From the NCBI GenBank assembly GCA_964449235.1, contig CAYVAX010000001.1, forward strand, positions 20,814-84,813: DNA of 64,000 nucleotides, read 5' to 3'. This stretch comes from an uncultured Candidatus Saccharibacteria bacterium (GTDB taxonomy: Bacteria > Patescibacteriota > Minisyncoccia > RBG-13-40-8-A > JAUWHN01). Below, piece after piece: positions 1 to 9,204 of this stretch (position 1 is the stretch's first letter; every line of letters begins with the position of its first letter). The notes below the pieces were generated by a model. The model searched no databases. It had not been told where the DNA came from and saw nothing but the letters and a program-made list of their open reading frames with translations. The position numbers were made by a program, and so were the translations under genes.

Positions 1-1502
1 TAGAATATCTCCCTAAGTATGTTCAAAAATCCAAACAAGAAATAGAGGAAATAATTAATCGCCATGCTAATCTTTCTGTACCGATTGCAATTGATGAACA
101 TATCTCCAAGCAAACAGCATTGATTTTAGAAAGCAAATTTTCAGAAAATCCCGCAATATTGGTAGAAGCAGTAGGGCAAAGAGAGTATATAGACGGAAAA
201 TACTTCTCTCATATCACCGGTTACTTGGGAAAAATTAGTAAACCAGAATACAAACAATCTTCAGGATATTTTCTAGACGACTGGATCGGGAAAACAGGCC
301 TGGAATATGAATACGAAGATGCGCTTCGAGGCGTTCCTGGAGAAAAATTAGTAGAAGTTGATTCCCAGGGTGAAATTAAAAATATTTTTACTAAAACCGA
401 ATCCTCTTCCGGGCAAGCAATTCATCTTTCCATTGACAGTGATCTGCAAAAAAAATTATATCAGGAATTAAATTCAATGCTAAGGCGTTTAAATACTGAT
501 CGAGCTGCAGGAATTGTTTTAAACCCCAATAACGGTGAAATTTTAGCATTGGTTAGCTTTCCCAGTTTTGATAATAATCAATTTATTCAAGGGCTTTCCA
601 GTAAAGAATTTCAGCAAATAAGTCACGATCCAGACAAACCCCTATTTAATCGTGTAATTAAAGGAACTTATGCTCCCGGATCTACAGTCAAGCCGATTGT
701 TGCTGTGGGAGCAGTAACTGAAAAAATTATTGATCCTGCTAAAATTATTAACTGCCAGGGCTTGATACGGGTAGAGAATAAATATTACCCAGAGCTATTT
801 AGAATATATCACGACTGGAAAGTACATGGGCCAACAAATTTAGTAAAAGCAATTGCAGAGTCCTGTAATGTATATTTTTACACTATTGGTGGTGGATACG
901 GAGATATTCAAGGGCTGGGAATTGAAGGGTTAAATAAATATTTAACAAAATTCGGATTAGGGCAGCTTTCCGGAATTGATCTTCCTGGAGAAGCAAAAGG
1001 ATTAATTCCTAATGCTCAATGGAAACAGGAATATAAGGGAGAGAAATGGTATTTGGGGGATACGTATAATGTTTCTATTGGCCAGGGAGATGTAATGGTT
1101 ACTCCATTACAAATAGCTTTGGCTACTTCTGCAATTGCTAATCAAGGAATTTTATTTAAGCCTCAAGTTGTACATAAAATTGACAACCAAACTATTTCTC
1201 CAGAAGTAGCAAAACAAGACTTAGTTGAAGAACAAATCGTAAGTATTGTTGCCCAGGGAATGCGAGAAGCAGTAATTTCTGGTTCTGCCCAGCTTCTTTA
1301 TAGCTTGCCAGTAAAAGTTGCTGGAAAAACTGGAACTGCTCAAGCTCCTAACAATCCTGTTCCTCACGGCTGGTTTACGGGATTTGCTCCTTACGAAAAT
1401 CCAGAAATTGTTATTACAATCCTGATTGAAAATGGGGGAGAGGGAAGCGCAGTAGCAGTGCCGGTTGCAAAACAAGTTCTCCAATGGTATTTTTCTAAAT
1501 AG
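1..1502 (+). CDS. Penicillin-binding protein transpeptidase domain (PBP2/FtsI class); 5' end truncated by the window edge (frame is open back to nt 3; the 120 start in the track is only an in-frame TTG)
   Basis: Translated ORF carries the transpeptidase motifs S-T-V-K (SxxK), S-C-N (SxN) and K-T-G-T. The reading frame is open to the window start. Confidence 0.8.
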   Translation, partial: EYLPKYVQKSKQEIEEIINRHANLSVPIAIDEHISKQTALILESKFSENPAILVEAVGQREYIDGKYFSHITGYLGKISKPEYKQSSGYFLDDWIGKTGLEYEYEDALRGVPGEKLVEVDSQGEIKNIFTKTESSSGQAIHLSIDSDLQKKLYQELNSMLRRLNTDRAAGIVLNPNNGEILALVSFPSFDNNQFIQGLSSKEFQQISHDPDKPLFNRVIKGTYAPGSTVKPIVAVGAVTEKIIDPAKIINCQGLIRVENKYYPELFRIYHDWKVHGPTNLVKAIAESCNVYFYTIGGGYGDIQGLGIEGLNKYLTKFGLGQLSGIDLPGEAKGLIPNAQWKQEYKGEKWYLGDTYNVSIGQGDVMVTPLQIALATSAIANQGILFKPQVVHKIDNQTISPEVAKQDLVEEQIVSIVAQGMREAVISGSAQLLYSLPVKVAGKTGTAQAPNNPVPHGWFTGFAPYENPEIVITILIENGGEGSAVAVPVAKQVLQWYFSK

Positions 1503-1516
1503 TAATTTTTAATATT

Positions 1517-2296
1517 ATGGCTAAGATTTTAAATGGAAAAAAAATATCTCAGCAAATACTAGCTGAGCTTAAAAAAGAGGTTCCAAAATTAGAGCCTCTA
1601 AAGCTGGCAGTGGTTTTGGTGGGAAACAACTCTAAATCTTTAAAATACATCCATCAAAAGCAAAAAGCAGCTCAAAAAATTGGAGTCGGTTTTGAGGTAT
1701 ATAAATTTAATACAAATATTAGCAACCGGGATTTAATCACAGAGATTAATAAAGTTGTGAATGACAACCAAAATACAGGAATTATTGTCCAGCTTCCCTT
1801 GCCTGAGCATGTTCATACTCAGAAAATTCTAAATTTAATTCCTAATCATAAAGACGTTGATGGTTTATCTGTGGATAACCCTTTTCTTGAATCTCCAGCA
1901 GCTTCTGGTATAATAGAGTTGCTTAGGAGATATAATATTGAATTGGAATCCAAAAAGATAGTGATTGTTGGTAAGGGAAGGTTGGTGGGAAAACCATTGA
2001 TTAAGCTAATAAAACAAGCAGGTTTGGATTTTATTGCTTGCGACATCAATACTAAAAATATTTCCAAATATACTCTCAACGCTGACATTTTAATTTCTGC
2101 AACCGGACATCCGAAGTTAATAACTCCAGAGATGGTTAAGCCGGGAGTAATCGTTATTGACGCTGGAGTTGGAGACATTGACTTTGAAAATCTTAAATCT
2201 AAAGCCAGCTACATCACGCCCCCTATTGGCGGAGTGGGGCCGATGACAGTAGCAATGTTAATGAGTAATTTAATAAAATTAGCTAAACTTAGCTAA
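1517..2296 (+). CDS. folD: Bifunctional methylenetetrahydrofolate dehydrogenase/cyclohydrolase FolD
   Basis: 259 aa. N-terminal ...KISQQILAELKKEV...LAVVLVGNNSKSLKYI..K.KAAQKIG... and the C-terminal GGVGPMTVAML are typical of FolD. Confidence 0.8.
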   Translation: MAKILNGKKISQQILAELKKEVPKLEPLKLAVVLVGNNSKSLKYIHQKQKAAQKIGVGFEVYKFNTNISNRDLITEINKVVNDNQNTGIIVQLPLPEHVHTQKILNLIPNHKDVDGLSVDNPFLESPAASGIIELLRRYNIELESKKIVIVGKGRLVGKPLIKLIKQAGLDFIACDINTKNISKYTLNADILISATGHPKLITPEMVKPGVIVIDAGVGDIDFENLKSKASYITPPIGGVGPMTVAMLMSNLIKLAKLS

Positions 2297-2307
2297 TTTC
2301 CATTTAT

Positions 2308-2763
2308 ATGCAATATATTTCTGCACAAAAACTTAAAGAGTTAAAACAAGAACTAGAAAATCGTAAAACAGAAGTGCGTCAACAAATTTCTGAACGTATT
2401 CAGGAAGCGCAAACCCAGGGAGATATTTCTGAAAATCCTGAATATTCTGAAGCTAAAGATGCCCAGGCATTTAACGAGGGGCGGATTTTAGAATTGGAAA
2501 ACTTGATAAATAATGCAGTTGTAGTTTCTAAAAAAAGAAAAGGAGATTTTGTTCAGGTTGGTTCCCAGGTAGTTATTAAAGACAAAAATAACAAAAAGTT
2601 TGAGTTTTTGATTGTAGGCCCAGAAGATGCTGACCCTTCAGAGGGAAAAATTTCTAATGAATCTCCTTTAGGGCGAGCTCTATTAACCCACAAAAAAGGG
2701 GATGAGGTAGAGGCTCAAACTCCAAAAGGAAAAGTGAAGTATGAAATAATTAAGATAAAATAA
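2308..2763 (+). CDS. greA: Transcription elongation factor GreA
   Basis: 151 aa. Coiled-coil N-terminus, then the ...GDISENPEYSEAKDAQ... acidic finger region, then a C-terminal FKBP-like domain (...GDEVEAQTPKGKVKYEIIKI). Confidence 0.85.
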   Translation: MQYISAQKLKELKQELENRKTEVRQQISERIQEAQTQGDISENPEYSEAKDAQAFNEGRILELENLINNAVVVSKKRKGDFVQVGSQVVIKDKNNKKFEFLIVGPEDADPSEGKISNESPLGRALLTHKKGDEVEAQTPKGKVKYEIIKIK

Positions 2764-2767
2764 AGGA

Positions 2768-4150
2768 ATGGAAAGGATTTTAATTAAAAACACAATTAAA
2801 CATACTGATAAGAAAATTAAAGTTTCCGGATGGGTTAATTCTCGTCGCGATCACGGGAAAATAATTTTCATTGATCTCCGCGACCGCTCAGGACTACTTC
2901 AGGTTGTATTTACTCCTAAAAACAAGGAAGTATACAAGGTAGCTAATAATTTACGCCCGGAATGGGTAATTGAGGTAGAAGGAATGATTAATAACCGTCC
3001 CAAAGGAATGATTAATCCTGATCTTGGTACTGGAAAAGTAGAATTACTGGCAGAAAAATTAAATATTTTAACTAAATCCAAAACTCCTCCTTTTGAATTA
3101 AATAAAGACGCCTACAAAATTAAAGAAGAAAAGAGATTAAAATACCGCTATTTAGACCTACGCACCCAAAGAATGAAACAAAACATTATTTTCCGCCATA
3201 AATTTATTAAACTAATCCGGGATTATTTAGATAAACAAGGATTTCTCGAAATCGAAACTCCAATTTTAACTAAATCTACTCCCGAGGGAGCGCGGGATTT
3301 CTTAGTTCCTTCTCGGATACATCCTGGGGAATTTTATGCTCTTCCACAAGCTCCCCAGCAATTAAAACAATTGCTAATGGTTGCTGGTTTTGAGAAATAT
3401 TTTCAAATTGCCCGCTGCTTTCGGGACGAAGATTTAAGAGGGGATCGCCAGCCGGAATTTACACAACTAGACTTTGAAATTTCTTTTCCAACGCAAAAAC
3501 AGATTCTGAGAATTATTGAAGAATTAATGATTCAAACTGCTAATCTCGCTGGTAAAAAATTAACCTTTAAACCCTTTAAGATTTTGAGTTATGAGCAGGC
3601 AATAAAAGAATACAAAACCGACAAGCCGGATTTACGAAAAAACAAAAAAAATGATCAAGAATTAGCATTTGCCTGGATTATAAATTGGCCCTTATTTGAA
3701 TTCAATAAAGAAGAAAATCGCTGGGATCCTATGCATCATATTTTTACTGCTCCTAAAAAAGAAGATGTAAAGTTTTTAGATAAACATCCTGAAAAAGTAC
3801 ATTCCTGGCAGCATGATTTAGTGCTTAATGGTCAGGAAATTGGAGGTGGAAGTATTAGAATTCATGATCCAGAAATCCAAAGAAAAATCTTTAAGTTAGT
3901 GGGATTAAAAGAAAAAGAAGCAGAACAAAAATTCGGACATATGCTTAAAGCTTTTGAATATGGAGTTCCTCCGCATGGCGGTATTGCTCTGGGAATTGAT
4001 CGCATTATCGCTATTTTAAGAAACGAAGCCAGCATTAGAGAGGTAATTGCTTTTCCTAAAACTGGAGATGGAAAAGATTTAACCATGAATGCCCCCAGTA
4101 AAGTAAACCCAAAACAGCTTCGCGAACTGGGCATTAAATTTCAGAAATAG
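2768..4150 (+). CDS. aspS: Aspartyl-tRNA synthetase, short (type-2/archaeal-like, no GAD insertion); AsnRS not fully excluded
   Basis: 460 aa. N-terminal OB anticodon-binding fold. Class II motifs are present: FYALPQAPQQLKQLLMVAGFEKYFQIARCFRDEDLRGDRQPEFTQLDFE (motif 2), GGGSIRIHD and GIALGIDR (motif 3). Confidence 0.75.
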   Translation: MERILIKNTIKHTDKKIKVSGWVNSRRDHGKIIFIDLRDRSGLLQVVFTPKNKEVYKVANNLRPEWVIEVEGMINNRPKGMINPDLGTGKVELLAEKLNILTKSKTPPFELNKDAYKIKEEKRLKYRYLDLRTQRMKQNIIFRHKFIKLIRDYLDKQGFLEIETPILTKSTPEGARDFLVPSRIHPGEFYALPQAPQQLKQLLMVAGFEKYFQIARCFRDEDLRGDRQPEFTQLDFEISFPTQKQILRIIEELMIQTANLAGKKLTFKPFKILSYEQAIKEYKTDKPDLRKNKKNDQELAFAWIINWPLFEFNKEENRWDPMHHIFTAPKKEDVKFLDKHPEKVHSWQHDLVLNGQEIGGGSIRIHDPEIQRKIFKLVGLKEKEAEQKFGHMLKAFEYGVPPHGGIALGIDRIIAILRNEASIREVIAFPKTGDGKDLTMNAPSKVNPKQLRELGIKFQK

Positions 4151-4175
4151 CTTAAATAAACTAAGTCAATTATTT

Positions 4176-4203
4176 AAAATTCTGTCAATGTTGACAGAAT
4201 TTT
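4176..4203 (+). terminator. Hairpin (13-bp perfect stem aaaattctgtcaa/ttgacagaatttt, 2-nt loop) downstream of aspS; terminator-like
   Basis: Perfect inverted repeat seen in sequence. The stem ends in TTTT but there is no long U-tract after it. Confidence 0.45.
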
Positions 4204-4278
4204 AAATATGTAATAGCTTTAAATGAAGGGTTCTTTAATAAAAGAATACCGACATTTAAGAAAAGGAGGAAACTAATA

Positions 4279-6624
4279 ATGAATAAAGCAAGAAAAAGTT
4301 GGAAAAAGTGGACTAACGCTGAAAAAAGAGAATTAAAAAGAATTTGTAAACAAGTAAGGTCATGGAAAGAATTAAGGTCAGAATTAGAAAAATCAAGAAT
4401 TCTTAAAGATAGAAACTATCGAAATGAGCTTCGTCGAAAGGCAATGCATCTTAATCTGACAAGGCACTTTACTGACCGCAGAGCTAAAGTTTCCAAAGAA
4501 AAAGAAGTTAGGAATAAACAGTTTCTATTCTCAAAATCAGAGAAGATTGCTCCTGCAGAAACATTCAAAATTGAAACAGGGGTTTGGGATAGAAAGAGCA
4601 CAAACATTGGTTTAATTTCACGAATTGACTTCGGTTCAAAAGGTTTTAGAGCGGGATTAATTAAGCTGGCACTCGAGAAAACTGCTCAGCATGGACTTCG
4701 TTTTAATATTCTCGTTGGAGGACTGGTAAATAAAAAAGTGCTTAAAAAGAAACTCCGAGATAGAATTAAAGAACTGAATGATCGTTTGCGAGGCTTGAGG
4801 CTTTCAGTAGAGGAAAAAAGAGAAGAAAGAGCACAAGAGAAAGATGATTTTTATTTCGAATGCGCAAGAGAGTTGGCAAGGTTAATTCCTCAGGTTAAAA
4901 AACCAAACGGTAAACCCGTAAAGCTGTATATGTTCACAAGCTCACCTTTTGATGGAAAAATTGGCGATGAAATTGCAAGAAGATTAGCAGCTTTAAGAAA
5001 AGACAATGATATTGTTTATTGGGGATTTAATCCTGAATATCCATTGCTGGTTAAACATGTAAATAAAACTTTATTTCCTGTAGTTTCTCAGCGACAATCA
5101 TGGATGAGATCAGACTACTATAGTACTCCTGTGCAGAGAGAATTAAAGGATCTTTTAAAGCGGTCTTCTATGGAGCTGTCGGATATATACACTGTGGGTT
5201 GTTTTGCTTCTAGCGTGTTCAAGCCGGAAGGAGATTCAAGAGTTCCCTACATGTCCTTGCCTGCAATACATAAACTAGACGAAACTCGAACATCGGAAAA
5301 TCAAATTGGAATACGTATTGTCAAGTTTCGAAAAAACAGAGAGCTTACTGTTAAAACTATTTCTTTTAAGGATTTGATTCGAGAAGAACGAAAATTGATT
5401 ACAATTCCTTCAAGTTGTTCTGAATTCCAATCTGCAATTATCAAACAGCTTAAGATAGCTCCTATGAGCAGCGGCGTGCTTGAATATCACCTAAAAGAAA
5501 ATCCCCGTTGGAGAAATATCACTCGTAAAGATGTAATCAAGGCCATTGAAGACCTGAAAAGGTTTAGAGCAGGTATTAACTTTGATAATGTCTCTAATCT
5601 TTTTGACTTCAGCTCTGAATGGTTTCAGAAAAAAGCACCTTATGAAATGCCTGAAGAGGATAAGCTTGCAGAAGATACATTTGTAGCTTGCTCTTGTCTG
5701 CATACAGGTGCTCCTCAAACTAATTACCGATTCATTGTTGAAGCTATCCCTAATTATATTATCCAAACTGGAGCTAAATATCTTGTATTGTCAGGAGATA
5801 TTATTCAAGGAACTTATCACCGCATGCTTGAAAAAGGGCAGATATATCGAGGTCTCAACTATACTTATCAGGAAAAACTTGCTGCAGGCTTAATGGGAAT
5901 CGTTATAACAAAAGTTTTTGAAACTCGTTTTAGTAAAGCTATTCGAAATAAAAAAGAATTAAATCAGGATGAATTGAAAAAATTAATCTCCGATTCTCTG
6001 GTCACATTTATCTACTTAGAAGGAAATCATGATGCCTGGGAACGATCCGGAAGTTTTGTTCCCTTGGTCGTTTTTGAACAAGACTTAATTAACTTTATAG
6101 TCAGAGAAATAAAGAAAACGCTCAAAAAATTTGATGTTCGTATTAACGGTGTACACGGCATTGTGGTGAATAAAATAATTCAAGATGATCCAATTGAACA
6201 AATATTCTATAGAACACCTTCGGGATTGGCTGTAAAAGTGGGACATCCTTATACCGGACGAAGTATTACTGCCAGCATTTCTGGAGAAAAATTCATGAAA
6301 ATGCATCTGGAATCTCATCTTAATTTTGTTGGTAATTGGCACGTAGGACTAAGTATGGAACACTTTGACCAAGAAATTGGGCAAAGAGTTTATGTCCAGC
6401 TACCTACAATCCAGAGATATACCTTGTTTGAAACTAACAAAATGAAAAAGACAGATTTCGGTGTTGGCATTTGTAGGGTTAAGTCTCTTAATGGACGAGT
6501 TGTAACTAGCGAAACTGGTTTTTACGGCGATCGCTTTTACGGAGACGCACAGAAAAATCTTAAGAAAATAGATAATGAAATTATCGACGAAATTCTAGTT
6601 AAACTTGGCGTACCTCTTTCTTAG
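4279..6624 (+). CDS. Hypothetical 781-aa protein: Lys/Arg-rich N-terminal region (~90 aa) and a C-terminal calcineurin-like metallophosphoesterase-like domain (Mre11/SbcD-like motifs, divergent)
   Basis: Motifs seen in translation: ...ACSCLHTGAP (motif I, with Cys in the usual Asp position), ...YLVLSGDIIQG (motif II, GD), ...IYLEGNHDAWE (motif III, GNHD), ...INGVHG..., ...GNWHVGLSMEHF (GHxH-like). A strong SD (aaggagg) lies 8 nt upstream of the ATG. Confidence 0.4.
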   Translation: MNKARKSWKKWTNAEKRELKRICKQVRSWKELRSELEKSRILKDRNYRNELRRKAMHLNLTRHFTDRRAKVSKEKEVRNKQFLFSKSEKIAPAETFKIETGVWDRKSTNIGLISRIDFGSKGFRAGLIKLALEKTAQHGLRFNILVGGLVNKKVLKKKLRDRIKELNDRLRGLRLSVEEKREERAQEKDDFYFECARELARLIPQVKKPNGKPVKLYMFTSSPFDGKIGDEIARRLAALRKDNDIVYWGFNPEYPLLVKHVNKTLFPVVSQRQSWMRSDYYSTPVQRELKDLLKRSSMELSDIYTVGCFASSVFKPEGDSRVPYMSLPAIHKLDETRTSENQIGIRIVKFRKNRELTVKTISFKDLIREERKLITIPSSCSEFQSAIIKQLKIAPMSSGVLEYHLKENPRWRNITRKDVIKAIEDLKRFRAGINFDNVSNLFDFSSEWFQKKAPYEMPEEDKLAEDTFVACSCLHTGAPQTNYRFIVEAIPNYIIQTGAKYLVLSGDIIQGTYHRMLEKGQIYRGLNYTYQEKLAAGLMGIVITKVFETRFSKAIRNKKELNQDELKKLISDSLVTFIYLEGNHDAWERSGSFVPLVVFEQDLINFIVREIKKTLKKFDVRINGVHGIVVNKIIQDDPIEQIFYRTPSGLAVKVGHPYTGRSITASISGEKFMKMHLESHLNFVGNWHVGLSMEHFDQEIGQRVYVQLPTIQRYTLFETNKMKKTDFGVGICRVKSLNGRVVTSETGFYGDRFYGDAQKNLKKIDNEIIDEILVKLGVPLS

Positions 6625-6636
6625 CTAATAAAAATC

Positions 6637-6678
6637 AAAGGGCAGCCTTAAATAAGGTTTGCCCTTTTCTTTTTTCTT
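6637..6678 (+). terminator. Rho-independent terminator after the 781-aa gene
   Basis: aaagggcagcc-ttaaataa-ggtttgccctt, followed by tcttttttctt. Confidence 0.7.
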
Positions 6679-6763
6679 GATTTATGGTAAGATGAATTGA
6701 TAGGTTCTTTAAAAACTTTGCCTTTCAGTCATATATACAAATTTCAGCGAAAGGAGATAAGTT

Positions 6764-7219
6764 TTGGGCAAACAAGAAGAAAAAAAGCATGGTAGCATTC
6801 ATCACCTTATTGCTCGAAGCAGGGGAGGCCCTAAAAAAGCTTCCTGGAATAAAAGAAAAAAAATAGTTGAAAAACATCAGGCATTTCATACTTTAGCGCG
6901 CGCTTTATCTGAAAAAGCGGTAAATAAAAATTTACTTCCTTGTGAATTTATACATAAAATTATTGAACACTGGCAAACAAAATCAGGAAGCTTAAAAAAG
7001 AGCGCTTTAACAGACAAGCAAGAAAGGTCCTGGAAAGTATTGTTTAAAAATGCTTCTCCTGCAAAGGCAGCTAAGATTATAAGAAAATACTGGACAGTTA
7101 AGGATCAGCTGCATTTTAAAGGTTGCTTTAGCTATAAACAATGCTTTAAAAATAATAATTTTGAAAATCCCAATAAGAAATGCCCATTGGTAAAAATGTA
7201 CGAAAAAGGAGAAATATAA
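6764..7219 (+). CDS. Small HNH-endonuclease-like protein (TTG start, 7 nt after an AAGGAG SD)
   Basis: 151 aa. N-terminal ...HGSIHHLIARSRGGPKKASWNKRKKIVEKHQAFH... fits an H-H...N...H HNH core without Zn-Cys. The stop overlaps the next start (ataTAATGaat). Confidence 0.4.
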   Translation: MGKQEEKKHGSIHHLIARSRGGPKKASWNKRKKIVEKHQAFHTLARALSEKAVNKNLLPCEFIHKIIEHWQTKSGSLKKSALTDKQERSWKVLFKNASPAKAAKIIRKYWTVKDQLHFKGCFSYKQCFKNNNFENPNKKCPLVKMYEKGEI

Positions 7220-8511
7220 TGAATGAATACAAAATTAAGATTAATACCAAAAAAGAAAGTCCGATTATTGAAAATTTAAAGCAAAAAATACAACAAGAAG
7301 TAATTGGACAAGATCGCGCAATAAGACGATCCCTGCGAGCAGTTGCATCTTACTATAGCGGGCTAAAGGATCCTCGGCGGCCGATTGGAGGATTTATTTA
7401 TGCCGGTCCCACAGGAGTAGGAAAAACATTCGCCGCAAAAGTAAGTGCCAGACATTTTTTAGGAGGTAAACATAAATATCGCGACTATCTGGTTAGAATT
7501 GACGGCTCCACCCTCAGTGAAAGACATGAAGTTGCTAAGCTTAAAGGTGCTCCTCCAGGATATATTGGCTATGCTGAAACAAGCATTTTATCTCAAAAGA
7601 ATATTGATGCTTATCACTTTGACGTTTTAAATGAAGATAACGGTTACTGGGCAACTAAGCTGAAAAACTTTGACCAAGAAAAGCAAGCGGCCTTTCATGC
7701 TGGATCAAGAGAACAAGCTAGAAAAATTCAAGCATATCGTCTTTTAGAAGATGCATATGAAGCAAACAAGCCATATAAATCTGTGATTCTTTTTGATGAA
7801 ATTGAAAAAGCTCATCCTGCTATCTGGAATGTGTTGTTGCAAATTATGGAAGAGGGAAAAATTCAAATGGGAAAGGGCGTCGAAGAAACAGATTTCAGTA
7901 ATTCTCTGATAATCCTGACTACAAACATTGGACAAAGAAGCATCCAGGGATTAATCAGTAAAAATGCTCGTGTAGGATTTGATACTAGTCAGAATATTAC
8001 AGAAAGCAAATTAGACAAAAATATTTACGAATCCACTAAAAAACAGATTGAAAAAGAATTTCCTCCAGAATTATTCAAAAGACTGAATCTGGTAGTTTTC
8101 AGACCCTTATCAGAAGACAATTTTAAAAAAATTCTCGATAACTTTCTTGCCGACGAAGAAGAACTGCTTAATCAGCGAATAAAATATTTTTCCGCTCGTT
8201 CAATTGATATTGAGTATTCAAAATCAGCAAAGAAATTTTTATTAAAAAAGGGAATCGATGTTCATTACGGCGTAAGAACGCTAAGATCGGTTGTGGAAAA
8301 ATATGTTCGCGCTTCGCTTGCAAACGGATTAGCAAACAGAGAAATCCGTCCTGGTGATAGTATCTGGGTGGATGTTAAAAACAGTAAGTTGGTTTTTTTG
8401 AGAAAATACCGCAAACGCGGACCAAATGCTATTAAACGCAATCCCCAGCAATTTCAATCAAATTCAAATCAAGCTGGATTCCGCTTACTAAACGAAAAAT
8501 CCGAGCATTAA
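7219..8511 (+). CDS. Orphan Clp/Hsp100 D2-like AAA+ ATPase (single AAA module)
   Basis: Walker A YAGPTGVGKTFAAK; Walker B/sensor VILFDEIEKAHPAIWNVLLQIMEEGKI (Hsp100 D2 signature); ...LIILTTNIG. A ~50-aa insertion sits between Walker A and Walker B relative to ClpB D2. The ATG at 7219 has an AAGGAG SD 8 nt upstream; the track ORF starts earlier at 7180. Confidence 0.6.
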   Translation: MNEYKIKINTKKESPIIENLKQKIQQEVIGQDRAIRRSLRAVASYYSGLKDPRRPIGGFIYAGPTGVGKTFAAKVSARHFLGGKHKYRDYLVRIDGSTLSERHEVAKLKGAPPGYIGYAETSILSQKNIDAYHFDVLNEDNGYWATKLKNFDQEKQAAFHAGSREQARKIQAYRLLEDAYEANKPYKSVILFDEIEKAHPAIWNVLLQIMEEGKIQMGKGVEETDFSNSLIILTTNIGQRSIQGLISKNARVGFDTSQNITESKLDKNIYESTKKQIEKEFPPELFKRLNLVVFRPLSEDNFKKILDNFLADEEELLNQRIKYFSARSIDIEYSKSAKKFLLKKGIDVHYGVRTLRSVVEKYVRASLANGLANREIRPGDSIWVDVKNSKLVFLRKYRKRGPNAIKRNPQQFQSNSNQAGFRLLNEKSEH

Positions 8512-8520
8512 ATAAATACT

Positions 8521-8560
8521 AAGGAGAAAAGAATTTCTTTTCTCCTTTTTCTTTTTTTCT
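8521..8560 (+). terminator. Rho-independent terminator after the AAA+ gene
   Basis: aaggagaaaaga-att-tcttttctcctt (12-bp stem), followed by tttctttttttct. Confidence 0.75.
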
Positions 8561-8580
8561 AAATGCGATATAATTAACAT

Positions 8581-9204
8581 ATGAAGAACTTAATTTCACA
8601 ACTAATTAAGCAAAAATATCTTAAAACTCCAGATATAATTGAGGCCTTTGAACGTGTTGACCGTAAAGACTTTGTGCCTGAAGATCTTAAATCTGAAGCA
8701 AATGTAAATGCCCCTCTTCCTATTGGATTCGGGCAAACTATTTCTCAGCCATTAACTGTGGCATTTATGCTGGAATTATTGCAACCTAAGCCAGGAGATA
8801 AGATTTTAGATATTGGTTCTGGCTCAGGGTGGCAAACCGCTCTATTAGCCTATATCGCAAGCAAAAAACAAGGTGGGAAAGTATATGGCATTGAAAGAAT
8901 TCCGCAATTAGTAGAATTTAGTAAAAGAAATATAGAAAAGTACCAATTTATACAAAAAGGAATTGTAGAAATTCTAAATAAAGATGGAAGCAGGGGATTG
9001 AAGCAAGAAGCTCTGTTTGATAAAATTCTTGCTGCTGCTTCTGCTGAAGAAATTCCTGGTGCCTGGAAACAACAATTAAAAATTAAAGGAAGGTTAGTAA
9101 CTCCGGTTAAATCCAGTATTTGGCTATTAATCAAAAATGGAGAAGCTGAGTTTGAAAAAAAAGAATTTCCCGGATTTGCATTTGTCCCCTTAATTGAAGG
9201 ATAA
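8581..9204 (+). CDS. pcm: Protein-L-isoaspartate O-methyltransferase
   Basis: ...DFVPEDLKSEANVNAPLPIGFGQTISQPLTVAFMLELL...ILDIGSGSGWQTALLA: PIMT signature plus the SAM-binding GxGxG. Confidence 0.8.
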   Translation: MKNLISQLIKQKYLKTPDIIEAFERVDRKDFVPEDLKSEANVNAPLPIGFGQTISQPLTVAFMLELLQPKPGDKILDIGSGSGWQTALLAYIASKKQGGKVYGIERIPQLVEFSKRNIEKYQFIQKGIVEILNKDGSRGLKQEALFDKILAAASAEEIPGAWKQQLKIKGRLVTPVKSSIWLLIKNGEAEFEKKEFPGFAFVPLIEG

